64,000 bases of DNA from positions 4,573 through 68,572 of the forward strand of contig JAZDGF010000001.1 in NCBI GenBank assembly GCA_043807135.1, in the 5' to 3' direction. Made by a program: the position numbers and the translations under genes. Below the pieces are notes generated by a model. The model did not search any database and was not told the origin of the DNA. It worked only from the letters and a program-made list of their open reading frames with translations. Shown piece by piece: positions 56,132 to 64,000 of this stretch (positions are counted from its first letter, which is position 1; each line of letters begins with the position of its first letter). This stretch comes from Candidatus Levyibacteriota bacterium (lineage in GTDB: Bacteria; Patescibacteriota; Microgenomatia; Levybacterales; UBA12049).

Positions 56132-58615
56132 TTAACACTCGCTATAACCGCAGCTGTAACATTTTCTACAGCCTTCCTCGTAAGCAAGGCTTCCGGATCC
56201 GCATTCGGGGCAGATGTCAAAAAGTCCTGTTGATAAACCGTCTTGAGAGAGGTTTCCAGAGGTTGTACTTAATGTAAGCTGCTCCATGGCAACGATTTCT
56301 TCTTTTTTAACAGAAGGTGTTGAAGGTGTCGGCATTTCAATATGTGTTCTCACAGGCCTATTCAAGTCTCCGTTTAAAACACCATTTGAAACACCATTTG
56401 AAACACCATTATGAAGATTTCCATTTGCATGGCTTGCAGTATGCTTATCCTCTACTACTCCATTTACTGCAAAAGCAAAATGAGCCGACAAAACCTTAGC
56501 AACAGCATCAGGAAGTGACCTAACCTTGTTTCCTCCGAATCCAACGCTTTTAGTTCCGCCGATTCCAATAAGCTGCGCCACTATCTGTTTTATTCTTTCC
56601 CGTGGGGGGAGTTGACCATTAAGCCTTAGAGTTAAAGAAATCATTCTTCCTAAGGCATCTGCCATTGCGGCAACATCAGACCCTGATTTTCCAACCGTTA
56701 TAAACAATTCAAATGGTTGTTTTTCTTGATTATGATTAATCGTAATATATGTTACTCCAACCGGTGTTTCAGTCTTATAAGTCACTCCTTCAACCATATG
56801 TGGTCTTGGAGTAATTGGATTTACCGATTTTTCAATTTCTTTTTTATCTGTCTTTGCTTCCTCTTTTCTCACCAAGACTCCTTCACGAGATCCCTCTCTC
56901 ATGTAAGCAATCCCTTTACAACCATATTTATAAGCAAGCTCATATAATTTCTTAACATCTTCTACTGTATGTGTTTTTGGAGCATTAACGGTTTTTGAAA
57001 TAGAAGCATCAACATATTTTTGAATAAGTCCTTGTACCTTAACATGGTCTTCAGGTGTTAGATCATTTGCCGAAGCAAAATAATCTGGTTTTTGCTCATT
57101 GGGATAAGCATTTTTCCATTCTTCAAAAAGATGATGATAAATTTTATGCTCCCCAAGTCTATCACGCCTTGTAAATTCAAATTCGTAAATTGGTTCTATT
57201 CCGGAAGAAGTTCCAGCCAAAAGACTGGTTGAGCCAGTTGGTGCTTCTTGAAGAAGAAGTGAATTCCTAATTCCGTATTTTTTAATTTTTGCTCTAATGT
57301 TTTTTGGCAATTTTTTAATAAAATAACCTTTTAGGTATTTATTGGCATTGAATTTAGGAAAAGATCCTTTTTCTTTCGCTAACTCTGTTGAGGTCTCATA
57401 TGCAGCATCCCTTATTGTTTTAAAGATTTTCTCTATAACTTTTAATGCTTCGTTGGATCCATAGCGAAGATGCATTTTTATCAAAGCATCACCAAGTCCC
57501 ATGGTGCCAAGACCAATTCTTCTTTCCCCGTTTAGTTGAACTTCTTTTACTTGAGGAAGTGCGTAATTATCTATATCAATAACATTATCTTGAAGTCTTA
57601 CCCCTATTCTTGCATGCTCTGCCAAAGATTTATAATCCATTTCACCGGGTTTATCAACAGCATAATTTTTTACAAAAGCCGAAAGATTTAAAGAACTTAA
57701 ATTACAAACTCCCCACGCTGGCAAGCCTTCCTCTCCGCATGGATTTGTACAATTAACCGTATTCCAATACCAATTGTTATACCATTTGTTATATCTTTCC
57801 ATAAAGACAATTCCTGGTTCCGCAGACTTCCAGGCGGCCTTGCATATTAAATCCCAAAGGTATCTTGCTTTTATGGTTTTATAAACTTTTACTTTTTTCT
57901 TTGCAGCAATCCAGTTATTTAATATTCCATCCCATTTTTCGTCGTATTCTTTATCGGTAATATCCGGGAAGACCAAATCCCAATCATCATCATTTTTAAC
58001 TGCTTCCATAAATTTGTCTGAAACACAAACTGAAAGATTTGCTCCGGTTATTTTGGTTAAATCTTGTTTTACTGTCACAAACTCCTCTATGTCAGGATGC
58101 CAATCCCAAAGCATAAGCATTAATGCACCTCTCCTTGAACCGCCTTGCTGAATAATGTCATGAGTTGCAATTGAATAGAGTTGTGCCCAATTACATGGAC
58201 CTGAAGAAAAACCATTTACTTTTTTAACTCTTGCTCCCCTTGGTCTTAAAGACGAAAGATTAATCCCTGCTCCCCCTCCTCTTGCCATAATTTCAATCAT
58301 GGCTTTTAAATTATCCATTATTCCATCTCTTGAATCGTTAGGACATGGCAAAACAAAACAATTGTAAAAAGTAACGTCAAAACCTGTTCCTGCCCCTGCT
58401 AATATTCTTCCACCGGGAACAAGTTTAAAATCTTGCATTGCATCATAAAATTTTTTCTCCCATTTTGCCTTATCTTGTTTTTTCTCTGACATGACTACTC
58501 CTTTAGAAACTCTTTTCCACATCTCATCCGGAGTTTTTTCAATAGGGGTACCATTTTTATCTTTTAACGCGTATCTGTCTAAAAAGACTCTTTCTCTTAT
58601 GCCGTCTAATTTCAT
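56132..58615 (-). CDS. nrdJ: Adenosylcobalamin-dependent ribonucleotide reductase (class II, NrdJ) with C-terminal zinc ribbon
   Basis: NPCGEEGLPAWGVCNLSSLNL active-site region. C-terminal CPECGSGS...CRKCYSCGYSEC. Internal 4-aa tandem repeat NGVS x3. Confidence 0.9.
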   Translation of the reverse strand: MKLDGIRERVFLDRYALKDKNGTPIEKTPDEMWKRVSKGVVMSEKKQDKAKWEKKFYDAMQDFKLVPGGRILAGAGTGFDVTFYNCFVLPCPNDSRDGIMDNLKAMIEIMARGGGAGINLSSLRPRGARVKKVNGFSSGPCNWAQLYSIATHDIIQQGGSRRGALMLMLWDWHPDIEEFVTVKQDLTKITGANLSVCVSDKFMEAVKNDDDWDLVFPDITDKEYDEKWDGILNNWIAAKKKVKVYKTIKARYLWDLICKAAWKSAEPGIVFMERYNKWYNNWYWNTVNCTNPCGEEGLPAWGVCNLSSLNLSAFVKNYAVDKPGEMDYKSLAEHARIGVRLQDNVIDIDNYALPQVKEVQLNGERRIGLGTMGLGDALIKMHLRYGSNEALKVIEKIFKTIRDAAYETSTELAKEKGSFPKFNANKYLKGYFIKKLPKNIRAKIKKYGIRNSLLLQEAPTGSTSLLAGTSSGIEPIYEFEFTRRDRLGEHKIYHHLFEEWKNAYPNEQKPDYFASANDLTPEDHVKVQGLIQKYVDASISKTVNAPKTHTVEDVKKLYELAYKYGCKGIAYMREGSREGVLVRKEEAKTDKKEIEKSVNPITPRPHMVEGVTYKTETPVGVTYITINHNQEKQPFELFITVGKSGSDVAAMADALGRMISLTLRLNGQLPPRERIKQIVAQLIGIGGTKSVGFGGNKVRSLPDAVAKVLSAHFAFAVNGVVEDKHTASHANGNLHNGVSNGVSNGVLNGDLNRPVRTHIEMPTPSTPSVKKEEIVAMEQLTLSTTSGNLSQDGLSTGLFDICPECGSGSLAYEEGCRKCYSCGYSEC

Positions 58616-58642
58616 AAATAAATTTTTTTGTTAGTTAGCTAG

Positions 58643-59092
58643 TTATTTTATTAGTCTCTTGACTTCTTTTTCAAAGTCTTCAATATCTACAAACCTTTTA
58701 AAAACGCTTGAAAACCTGATGTATGCAATTTTGTCAAGTTTTTTAAGTCTTGTTGCAATCATTTGACCGATTTTCTTGCTTTCTACCTCAACCGAATCAG
58801 CTCCTCTTAGCTCCATTTCTATTTCCGTAACAATCTTTTCTATCTGTTCCAAGGAAACAGTTGTTTTCTCACAAGATCTTATTATTCCACTTTTTAATTT
58901 ATCTCTACTAAACTGTTCGCGTCTTCCGTCTTTTTTTATTACAACTAATGTAACGTTTTCAACCCTTTCGTAGGTTGTAAATCTTTTCTCACATTTCAAA
59001 CATGATCTTCTTCTTCTAATTGTTTGTAAGTCTTCGCTATCTCTTGTTTCTACTACCTCTGTATCTTTGCTTCCGCAGTATGGACACTTCAT
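58643..59092 (-). CDS. nrdR: Transcriptional repressor NrdR
   Basis: MKCPYCGSKDTEVVETR...CLKCEKRFTTYERVE zinc ribbon plus an ATP-cone. Confidence 0.95.
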   Translation of the reverse strand: MKCPYCGSKDTEVVETRDSEDLQTIRRRRSCLKCEKRFTTYERVENVTLVVIKKDGRREQFSRDKLKSGIIRSCEKTTVSLEQIEKIVTEIEMELRGADSVEVESKKIGQMIATRLKKLDKIAYIRFSSVFKRFVDIEDFEKEVKRLIK

Positions 59093-59359
59093 AAAATATT
59101 AAGTTAAATCTCAAATCTCTTTACCCTTATGTGTCCTGAAATTTAACCTATTTTCACTATATCTAGTGCTACAACAAATCATAGAACCCTAGATCTGTGC
59201 TGTCAACTATTAATAACTAGATCAAAAAGGGTCAACTTGCTTTTTAGCTTCAAATTCTAAAGAAATTTAAAAAAATTCAAATAGACAGAAAAATTGAGTG
59301 ATAAGGGGGTAAGCTCCAGAGTAAGAATAGTGTTCTAATAAAAAGATTTAAGCTCTAAA

Positions 59360-59905
59360 TTAGAGATTAATTTGCATTGCCTTTTTTTCAAATTCACTAA
59401 TTCTCTTCTGGCTAGCAATTAATTGTTCTCTTGTTTTTTTGGAAACACTACTTTCCATCTTTTTAAGATTTAACCTATGTCCTTTTAAAGAAGACTTTAA
59501 TTTCGTGTTAATATCTGCTATGTTAACCCCCTGTTTTTTAGCAAGTGATATTTTTCCCAAGGCATCATCAAAATAATTTTGCCCTTTGGAAATTGTTGAA
59601 ATTGCCAGCTCGTCTGTTTTTGGTGATTTTTTGTATAAAAGATAGATACCAGCATTAAGTCTTTTATCTGCTTGCAAGATATCAAACTCCGCTTTTTTAA
59701 CAGGGTCTGAAATAAAGAAACCGATTATGCGGTCTCTAAACATTTTTAAAAAGTAAAAAGGGTGATCTGGAAGAAGCCCGGGATATGGAAGTTCATAGTT
59801 TTCCATTACAGCTGGCGTTGTTGCTACTTTTTCTTGCGCAAAAGACATTTGAAAACTTAATAAAAATATGGGGAGGAAAAAAAGAATAAATAATATTTTT
59901 TTCAT
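59360..59905 (-). CDS. Hypothetical secreted protein
   Basis: N-terminal signal peptide MKKILFILFFLPIFLLSFQMSFA. Confidence 0.45.
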   Translation of the reverse strand: MKKILFILFFLPIFLLSFQMSFAQEKVATTPAVMENYELPYPGLLPDHPFYFLKMFRDRIIGFFISDPVKKAEFDILQADKRLNAGIYLLYKKSPKTDELAISTISKGQNYFDDALGKISLAKKQGVNIADINTKLKSSLKGHRLNLKKMESSVSKKTREQLIASQKRISEFEKKAMQINL

Positions 59906-59917
59906 ACAACAATTATA

Positions 59918-61150
59918 CTACCTTTTGGCAACAACATTTAACCAGTCACTTTCCTTTGGATTAAAAGGCTCTTTTAGTAAGCCATTGTTTTTAGAGCCGT
60001 AAGAAGAAATTTTAGTAAACCCAATTTTCTTAAGGATTTTTAAAAGATCTTCTTTGGTAATATTTGCGACTGATTTTGTACGAATACCTCTAAAAGACCA
60101 TTTCCCTTCAAAATAATCAAAAATTGCTCTAGAAAACGTTAATTCTTTCATATTTGTATAAAAAGATATGAATATTTCTCTTTGCCCATTAAGAAATTCT
60201 CTTTGAGTAAATTGTTTAAACCCAGAATTTTTTTCGATTATTTTTTTAACATTTGAGGTTTGCAATACAAGTAAGCCTTGTTTAGGCGCAAGCTTTGAAA
60301 CAACTTCTTGTAAAATATTTCTATCTGTTTTCATAACGTGTGATAAACCGTTTCCCATGAAAATAGCAGCGTCAATATCTTTTGGAATTTTTACCATGAC
60401 TTCTTTATAACTACCTTCTAGAAATTTTATTCTTTTTTTTATTTTTTCTGGTAATTTGCTTCTCTTTTTTTCTGCTGCTCTACACATCAATCTACTGGCA
60501 TCAATTCCTATAACGTTAAATCCTTCTCTTGCTAAAGCTATTGCATGCTCGCCAGTGCTTGAACCTATGTCTAAAACTGTTTTAACATTTTTTTTCTTAA
60601 ACAAACTTACTAAATCTGGTATTTCTTTTGATAACCTTTCTTCCCAATCATTAAAAACATCAAAATATGTTGACATCCAATCATAAAAATCTGCTTCCTC
60701 TTCCAATGGAAGCTTGTTTCCGACAACTGATTTAAAAATATCACCTTTTGTAAGAATTCCAATTAAATTTCCTTTTTTATCTATAACTGGAAGTCTTCCT
60801 ATTTTCTTAATTAGCATTGTTGATTGTGCTTTAAGAATCGGCGTATCAGATGAAACACATGTGGGATTTTTACTCATAATTTTTCCTACTGGAAGCGCAA
60901 GGATTTCTTCTGCTTTTTTTTCCATTTTCTCAAAATCAGACATGTGCACAGGGTCTTCCATATAATCCTGCATGCTGGGATAAAATTTAGAAAGAATATC
61001 TTTTTCTGTTAAAAATCCAACTAGCTTTTTTTTCTTTACTACTGGCAGACCGTTTATTCCTTGTCCAAAGATTAACCTTGAGGCTTCATCAACACGGGAG
61101 TTTAAACTTACGAAAGTAACTTGTTTTTGCATTATGTCTACAACTTTCAC
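59918..61150 (-). CDS. CBS-pair domain + class I SAM-dependent methyltransferase fusion
   Basis: Two CBS repeats at the N-terminus; methyltransferase motif I VLDIGSSTGEHA. Confidence 0.65.
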   Translation of the reverse strand: MKVVDIMQKQVTFVSLNSRVDEASRLIFGQGINGLPVVKKKKLVGFLTEKDILSKFYPSMQDYMEDPVHMSDFEKMEKKAEEILALPVGKIMSKNPTCVSSDTPILKAQSTMLIKKIGRLPVIDKKGNLIGILTKGDIFKSVVGNKLPLEEEADFYDWMSTYFDVFNDWEERLSKEIPDLVSLFKKKNVKTVLDIGSSTGEHAIALAREGFNVIGIDASRLMCRAAEKKRSKLPEKIKKRIKFLEGSYKEVMVKIPKDIDAAIFMGNGLSHVMKTDRNILQEVVSKLAPKQGLLVLQTSNVKKIIEKNSGFKQFTQREFLNGQREIFISFYTNMKELTFSRAIFDYFEGKWSFRGIRTKSVANITKEDLLKILKKIGFTKISSYGSKNNGLLKEPFNPKESDWLNVVAKR

Positions 61151-61253
61151 AGTAGAACGATTTTAGCTTAAAAATTTTTCTTTTGCAACCATTAGCTAGT
61201 CTAAGCGCTAAGTTGACTTTAAGTATAATCTGAAGTAGAATAAATAACTTAAA

Positions 61254-62153
61254 ATGAATCAAGAACGAGAAAAATCCAGCTTAATTTTAGATCGATATAC
61301 TCAACAAGAGCTTGTAACCCCAAAAGGAGAAGGTTTTTACATGCTTTTTGACAGTGAAGGCTATTACAGAAAAAGAGTAGAAGAGTGGAGAAACGCTCCA
61401 GTGGAAATTATCAAATATGACGCGGGGGCAATTATCATAAACAATGGAGATTCTTCTAGATTAATAACATATGCCGCGGGAAAAAGAATGGTAATAGGCG
61501 AAAAACAAGTAATGGACACTTGCGAACTTCCATGGGTTAAAAAAACCGTCGACGAAGCTTTTAAGCAAACAGCTAATAGAAGAAAAGAGCAGGGATTAAG
61601 AAATAAACCAATTGATGTTTTAGACGTAGGTTTTGGATTAGGCTTGGTTGCAGATGAAGTATTAAAAAGAAAAGTTGGGAATTATACTTCAATAGAGCTG
61701 AATAAACAGGTTCTACAGAGAGCAGGTAGATGGAAAAAGAGAATGGAAAAACAGGATGTACAAACTAAAATAGAGATACTTCCTGGAGAAGCAGGTACAA
61801 TCTTAAACGAACTTGTTGAGGACGGGAAGAAATTTGATATAATTATTTCTGATACATATCCCCTTATAAAGGGCGAAGCAGGTTTTAATGATCTAAAATA
61901 TATGGATTTAATTACAATGCTTCTGAAGCCATCTGGTGTTTTTGGGTTTTTCCCTTTTTACCAAGATGCTGCAGAGGGAACTGAAGGTAAATTAACTCAT
62001 GAACAAGCCGAGGAAATTACAAAATATTTTGATCGATACACTCGCGATAGTGCTTCAGTTAGACCTTCTAAGGATTATAAATATTTACAAACTTCTAAAG
62101 GGTGGGTTCTAGAATTACCTGTAGTTGTTGCAAGCATGCTTAAAGCTGTTTAA
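61254..62153 (+). CDS. Hypothetical protein, possibly SAM-dependent methyltransferase/aminopropyltransferase-like
   Basis: VLDVGFGLGLVADE...FDIIISDTYP resembles motif I and the post-I segment of class I methyltransferases. Confidence 0.4.
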   Translation: MNQEREKSSLILDRYTQQELVTPKGEGFYMLFDSEGYYRKRVEEWRNAPVEIIKYDAGAIIINNGDSSRLITYAAGKRMVIGEKQVMDTCELPWVKKTVDEAFKQTANRRKEQGLRNKPIDVLDVGFGLGLVADEVLKRKVGNYTSIELNKQVLQRAGRWKKRMEKQDVQTKIEILPGEAGTILNELVEDGKKFDIIISDTYPLIKGEAGFNDLKYMDLITMLLKPSGVFGFFPFYQDAAEGTEGKLTHEQAEEITKYFDRYTRDSASVRPSKDYKYLQTSKGWVLELPVVVASMLKAV

Positions 62154-62773
62154 GTTATATTTTTAAGAGCTATGTTGAGGCTTTCTTTTGCATTATGGTC
62201 AAAAGTATTGATTACTAAATCATAATATTTTTTATCCCAATATCTCCAGCTAGGATTATTGTTTTCATATAATCTTCTCCATTTTTCTAAATCGTTTTTT
62301 TCTCTTTGTAAGATTTCCTCTTTAGCAGCTTCTACTGACATCGCTTCCCTGTTTACCAATCTATCTATTCTTATTTGTGCTTGATCACTTTTTTTTTCGT
62401 CATCACAAACAACTAGTATTTTAAAGACTCCTTTTACTTTTTGTGCGTTAAATCCGGCAAGCTTTGTTTCCACTATAATGTGTTTTTGGGTTTTTAAAAT
62501 CTTTTTTAAAAATTTATCAAACAAAAAGTCTATATTATCAGGTCTTTTGTTGGTATCTTTTGGGCTTGCCCCAAGTTTATCAATCCTTGATGCTTCCCAG
62601 ATTATCTCTCCCCCTTCAATATGCTTCCACTGCAAAACATGAGCAAGTTTTTTGGCAAGAGTTGTAGAACCGGATGCAATTCGCCCGGAAACTGTAATAA
62701 TTCTTATATTTTTAAGGTCAATAGGCTTGTCCATCTTCTTGCGGAGCAGGAGTCTCTTGATTATTTTGTCCAA
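62150..62773 (-). CDS. P-loop nucleoside monophosphate kinase (cytidylate kinase-like)
   Basis: Walker A IITVSGRIASGSTTLAKKLA. Confidence 0.55.
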   Translation of the reverse strand: MDKIIKRLLLRKKMDKPIDLKNIRIITVSGRIASGSTTLAKKLAHVLQWKHIEGGEIIWEASRIDKLGASPKDTNKRPDNIDFLFDKFLKKILKTQKHIIVETKLAGFNAQKVKGVFKILVVCDDEKKSDQAQIRIDRLVNREAMSVEAAKEEILQREKNDLEKWRRLYENNNPSWRYWDKKYYDLVINTFDHNAKESLNIALKNIT

Positions 62774-63797
62774 CCATTAAAACCTCTTCAACCAATCTAT
62801 TAGCATAACCGTATTCATTATCATACCAGGCAATAATTTTAACTAAATTTCCTCCCACTACTTGCGTAAGAGATAAATCCGCAATTGATGAAGCAGGATT
62901 TCCGATAATATCACTTGATACAATCGGATCCTCGGTAACTTTTAATATACCTTTGAGGTCAGGACTTTCTGCTGCTTTTTTCAAAACAGCATTTACCTCC
63001 TCTTTTGTTGTCTCTCTTTTTAAAACAAAAGTGAAATCGGAAAGCGATCCAACCGGAACCGGAACCCTTACGGCTAGGCCATTGAAAATTCCTGACAATT
63101 CGGGAACGGTTTTTGCAGCAGCAATTGTTGCTCCTGTAGAAGTTGGGATAATATTAAGGCCTGCTGCTCTTGCGCGTCTTAAATCTTTATGTCCTCCGTC
63201 TTGAAGTCTTTGATCTGAAGTATAACCATGAATTGTTGTCATCATTGCTTTTTCTACTCCAAAATTGTCAACCATTACTCTAGCAATAGGAGCAATGCAG
63301 TTAGTTGTACAAGATGCGTTATTTATAATGGTTTCATTTTTATAATCTTTTCCGTTTACTCCTAAAATAAAAGTTGGAGTTTCATCTTTTGCAGGAGCTG
63401 ACAAAATAACCGCTCGTGCACCTGCATTTATATGAGGTCTTAATTTTTCCTCTGTTGTAAAATGACCCGTTGATTCAATAACTACGTCTATGTTTAAATC
63501 TTTCCAGGGAAGAAGTGAAGGATCTTTTTGGGAAAAAACCGGAATTTTTTTGTTTTCAATAATCAAGCTCCCTATTTGTCCGTTTTGTGCTCCTTGAGCT
63601 TCTTCGTAATTAATTTCTATTGATAAAATTGGTCCGTAAACTGAATCATATTTTAATAAATTCATCCAACCCTTAATATTTGTTGAGGATCCTACATTAA
63701 TGGCCGCTACTTCGATGTTTTTATGAAATTTTTCCAAGATTACTCTGTGAGCAACTCTCCCAATTCTACCGTAGCCATTAATTGCAACCTTAATCAT
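62718..63797 (-). CDS. gap: Glyceraldehyde-3-phosphate dehydrogenase
   Basis: INGYGRIGR NAD site and ASCTTNC catalytic motif; ~20-aa C-terminal extension. Confidence 0.95.
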   Translation of the reverse strand: MIKVAINGYGRIGRVAHRVILEKFHKNIEVAAINVGSSTNIKGWMNLLKYDSVYGPILSIEINYEEAQGAQNGQIGSLIIENKKIPVFSQKDPSLLPWKDLNIDVVIESTGHFTTEEKLRPHINAGARAVILSAPAKDETPTFILGVNGKDYKNETIINNASCTTNCIAPIARVMVDNFGVEKAMMTTIHGYTSDQRLQDGGHKDLRRARAAGLNIIPTSTGATIAAAKTVPELSGIFNGLAVRVPVPVGSLSDFTFVLKRETTKEEVNAVLKKAAESPDLKGILKVTEDPIVSSDIIGNPASSIADLSLTQVVGGNLVKIIAWYDNEYGYANRLVEEVLMVGQNNQETPAPQEDGQAY

Positions 63798-63839
63798 ATT
63801 AGTAGTATATATTTTAAAGGAATTTACATCAAGAGGAAA

Positions 63840-64000
63840 TTATTTTAAAAGAATTTTAATTCCTGGAAGTTTTTCACCCGCTAAAAATTCAAGCATTGCT
63901 CCTCCACCGGTTGAAACAAAGGAAAATTTATTTAAAAGATTCTGTTTTGTTAAATAAGAGACCGTATCTCCTCCCCCAACAACAGAATAAGCATTGCTTT
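63840..64000 (-). CDS. pgk: Phosphoglycerate kinase, C-terminal fragment (start beyond the window edge)
   Basis: Minus-strand translation ...[14 protein letters not shown]...[22 protein letters not shown] matches the Pgk C-terminus; it lies downstream of gap in the same orientation. Confidence 0.8.
   Translation of the reverse strand, partial: SNAYSVVGGGDTVSYLTKQNLLNKFSFVSTGGGAMLEFLAGEKLPGIKILLK

Noticed and set aside
56132-58615. Possible intein in the 827-aa NrdJ, since RNRs are frequent intein hosts.
   Set aside because: The sequence reads continuously as NrdJ. There is no Cys/Ser-initiated insertion with a terminal HN and no LAGLIDADG/HNH block. The extra length is a C-terminal zinc ribbon and a short repeat.
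62718-62773. 56-nt overlap between the gap 3' end and the start of the cmk-like gene as a possible programmed feature.
   Set aside because: It is most simply explained by the kinase initiating at a downstream Met (for example the Met at 62734). It is ordinary gene overlap in a compact genome.

Overview
This is an AT-rich bacterial chromosome segment that looks like a Patescibacteria/CPR-type genome: compact, with weak Shine-Dalgarno signals, no 16S in the visible rRNA operon, a heavily intron-interrupted 23S, a T4SS-type coupling ATPase and many LAGLIDADG elements.

Layout, left to right:
- 1-8 kb: housekeeping genes (GT2, a YacL-like PIN/TRAM protein next to radA, an S1-domain protein, a GT39-like membrane glycosyltransferase, a sigma-70 factor).
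- 8.06-14.2 kb (minus strand): promoter, tRNA-Ala(UGC), 23S and 5S, with no 16S in the operon. By my reading the 23S is split by four group I introns at E. coli-equivalent positions about L1917, L2449, L2593 and one inside the sarcin-ricin loop. Three introns carry LAGLIDADG homing endonuclease genes.
- 14-42 kb: mostly core functions (trxB/trxA, a 2-hydroxyacid dehydrogenase, Crp, a DsbA-like protein, ZIP, pth, an EndoQ-like PHP nuclease, an ATP-dependent DNA ligase interrupted by a LAGLIDADG intein, Fic, recF, mutM, a 5'-3' exonuclease, ftsH, trpS, tgt, murD).
- 42.5-51.4 kb: an accessory island bracketed by tRNA-Met(CAU) and tRNA-Ile(UAU). Each tRNA is abutted by a paralogous HTH + LAGLIDADG-like gene.
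  - A sigma-70-driven ncRNA of about 285 nt carries group I intron core elements but sits in no recognisable host gene.
  - At least five ~90-nt direct repeats separate self-promoted, apparently leaderless gene cassettes (DinJ/YafQ, an EEP nuclease, a FabZ-like protein, an inverted BrnTA, SPFH-Zur-ZupT).
  - The cassette array ends at an FtsB-like gene and a Xer-like tyrosine recombinase.
- 51.5-64 kb: a VirD4/TraD-like ATPase with two unknown partners, a PduO-type adenosyltransferase, NrdJ, NrdR, a CBS-methyltransferase, a cmk-like kinase, gap and a partial pgk.

All calls are read by eye from the sequence and the ORF translations. No database searches were run.
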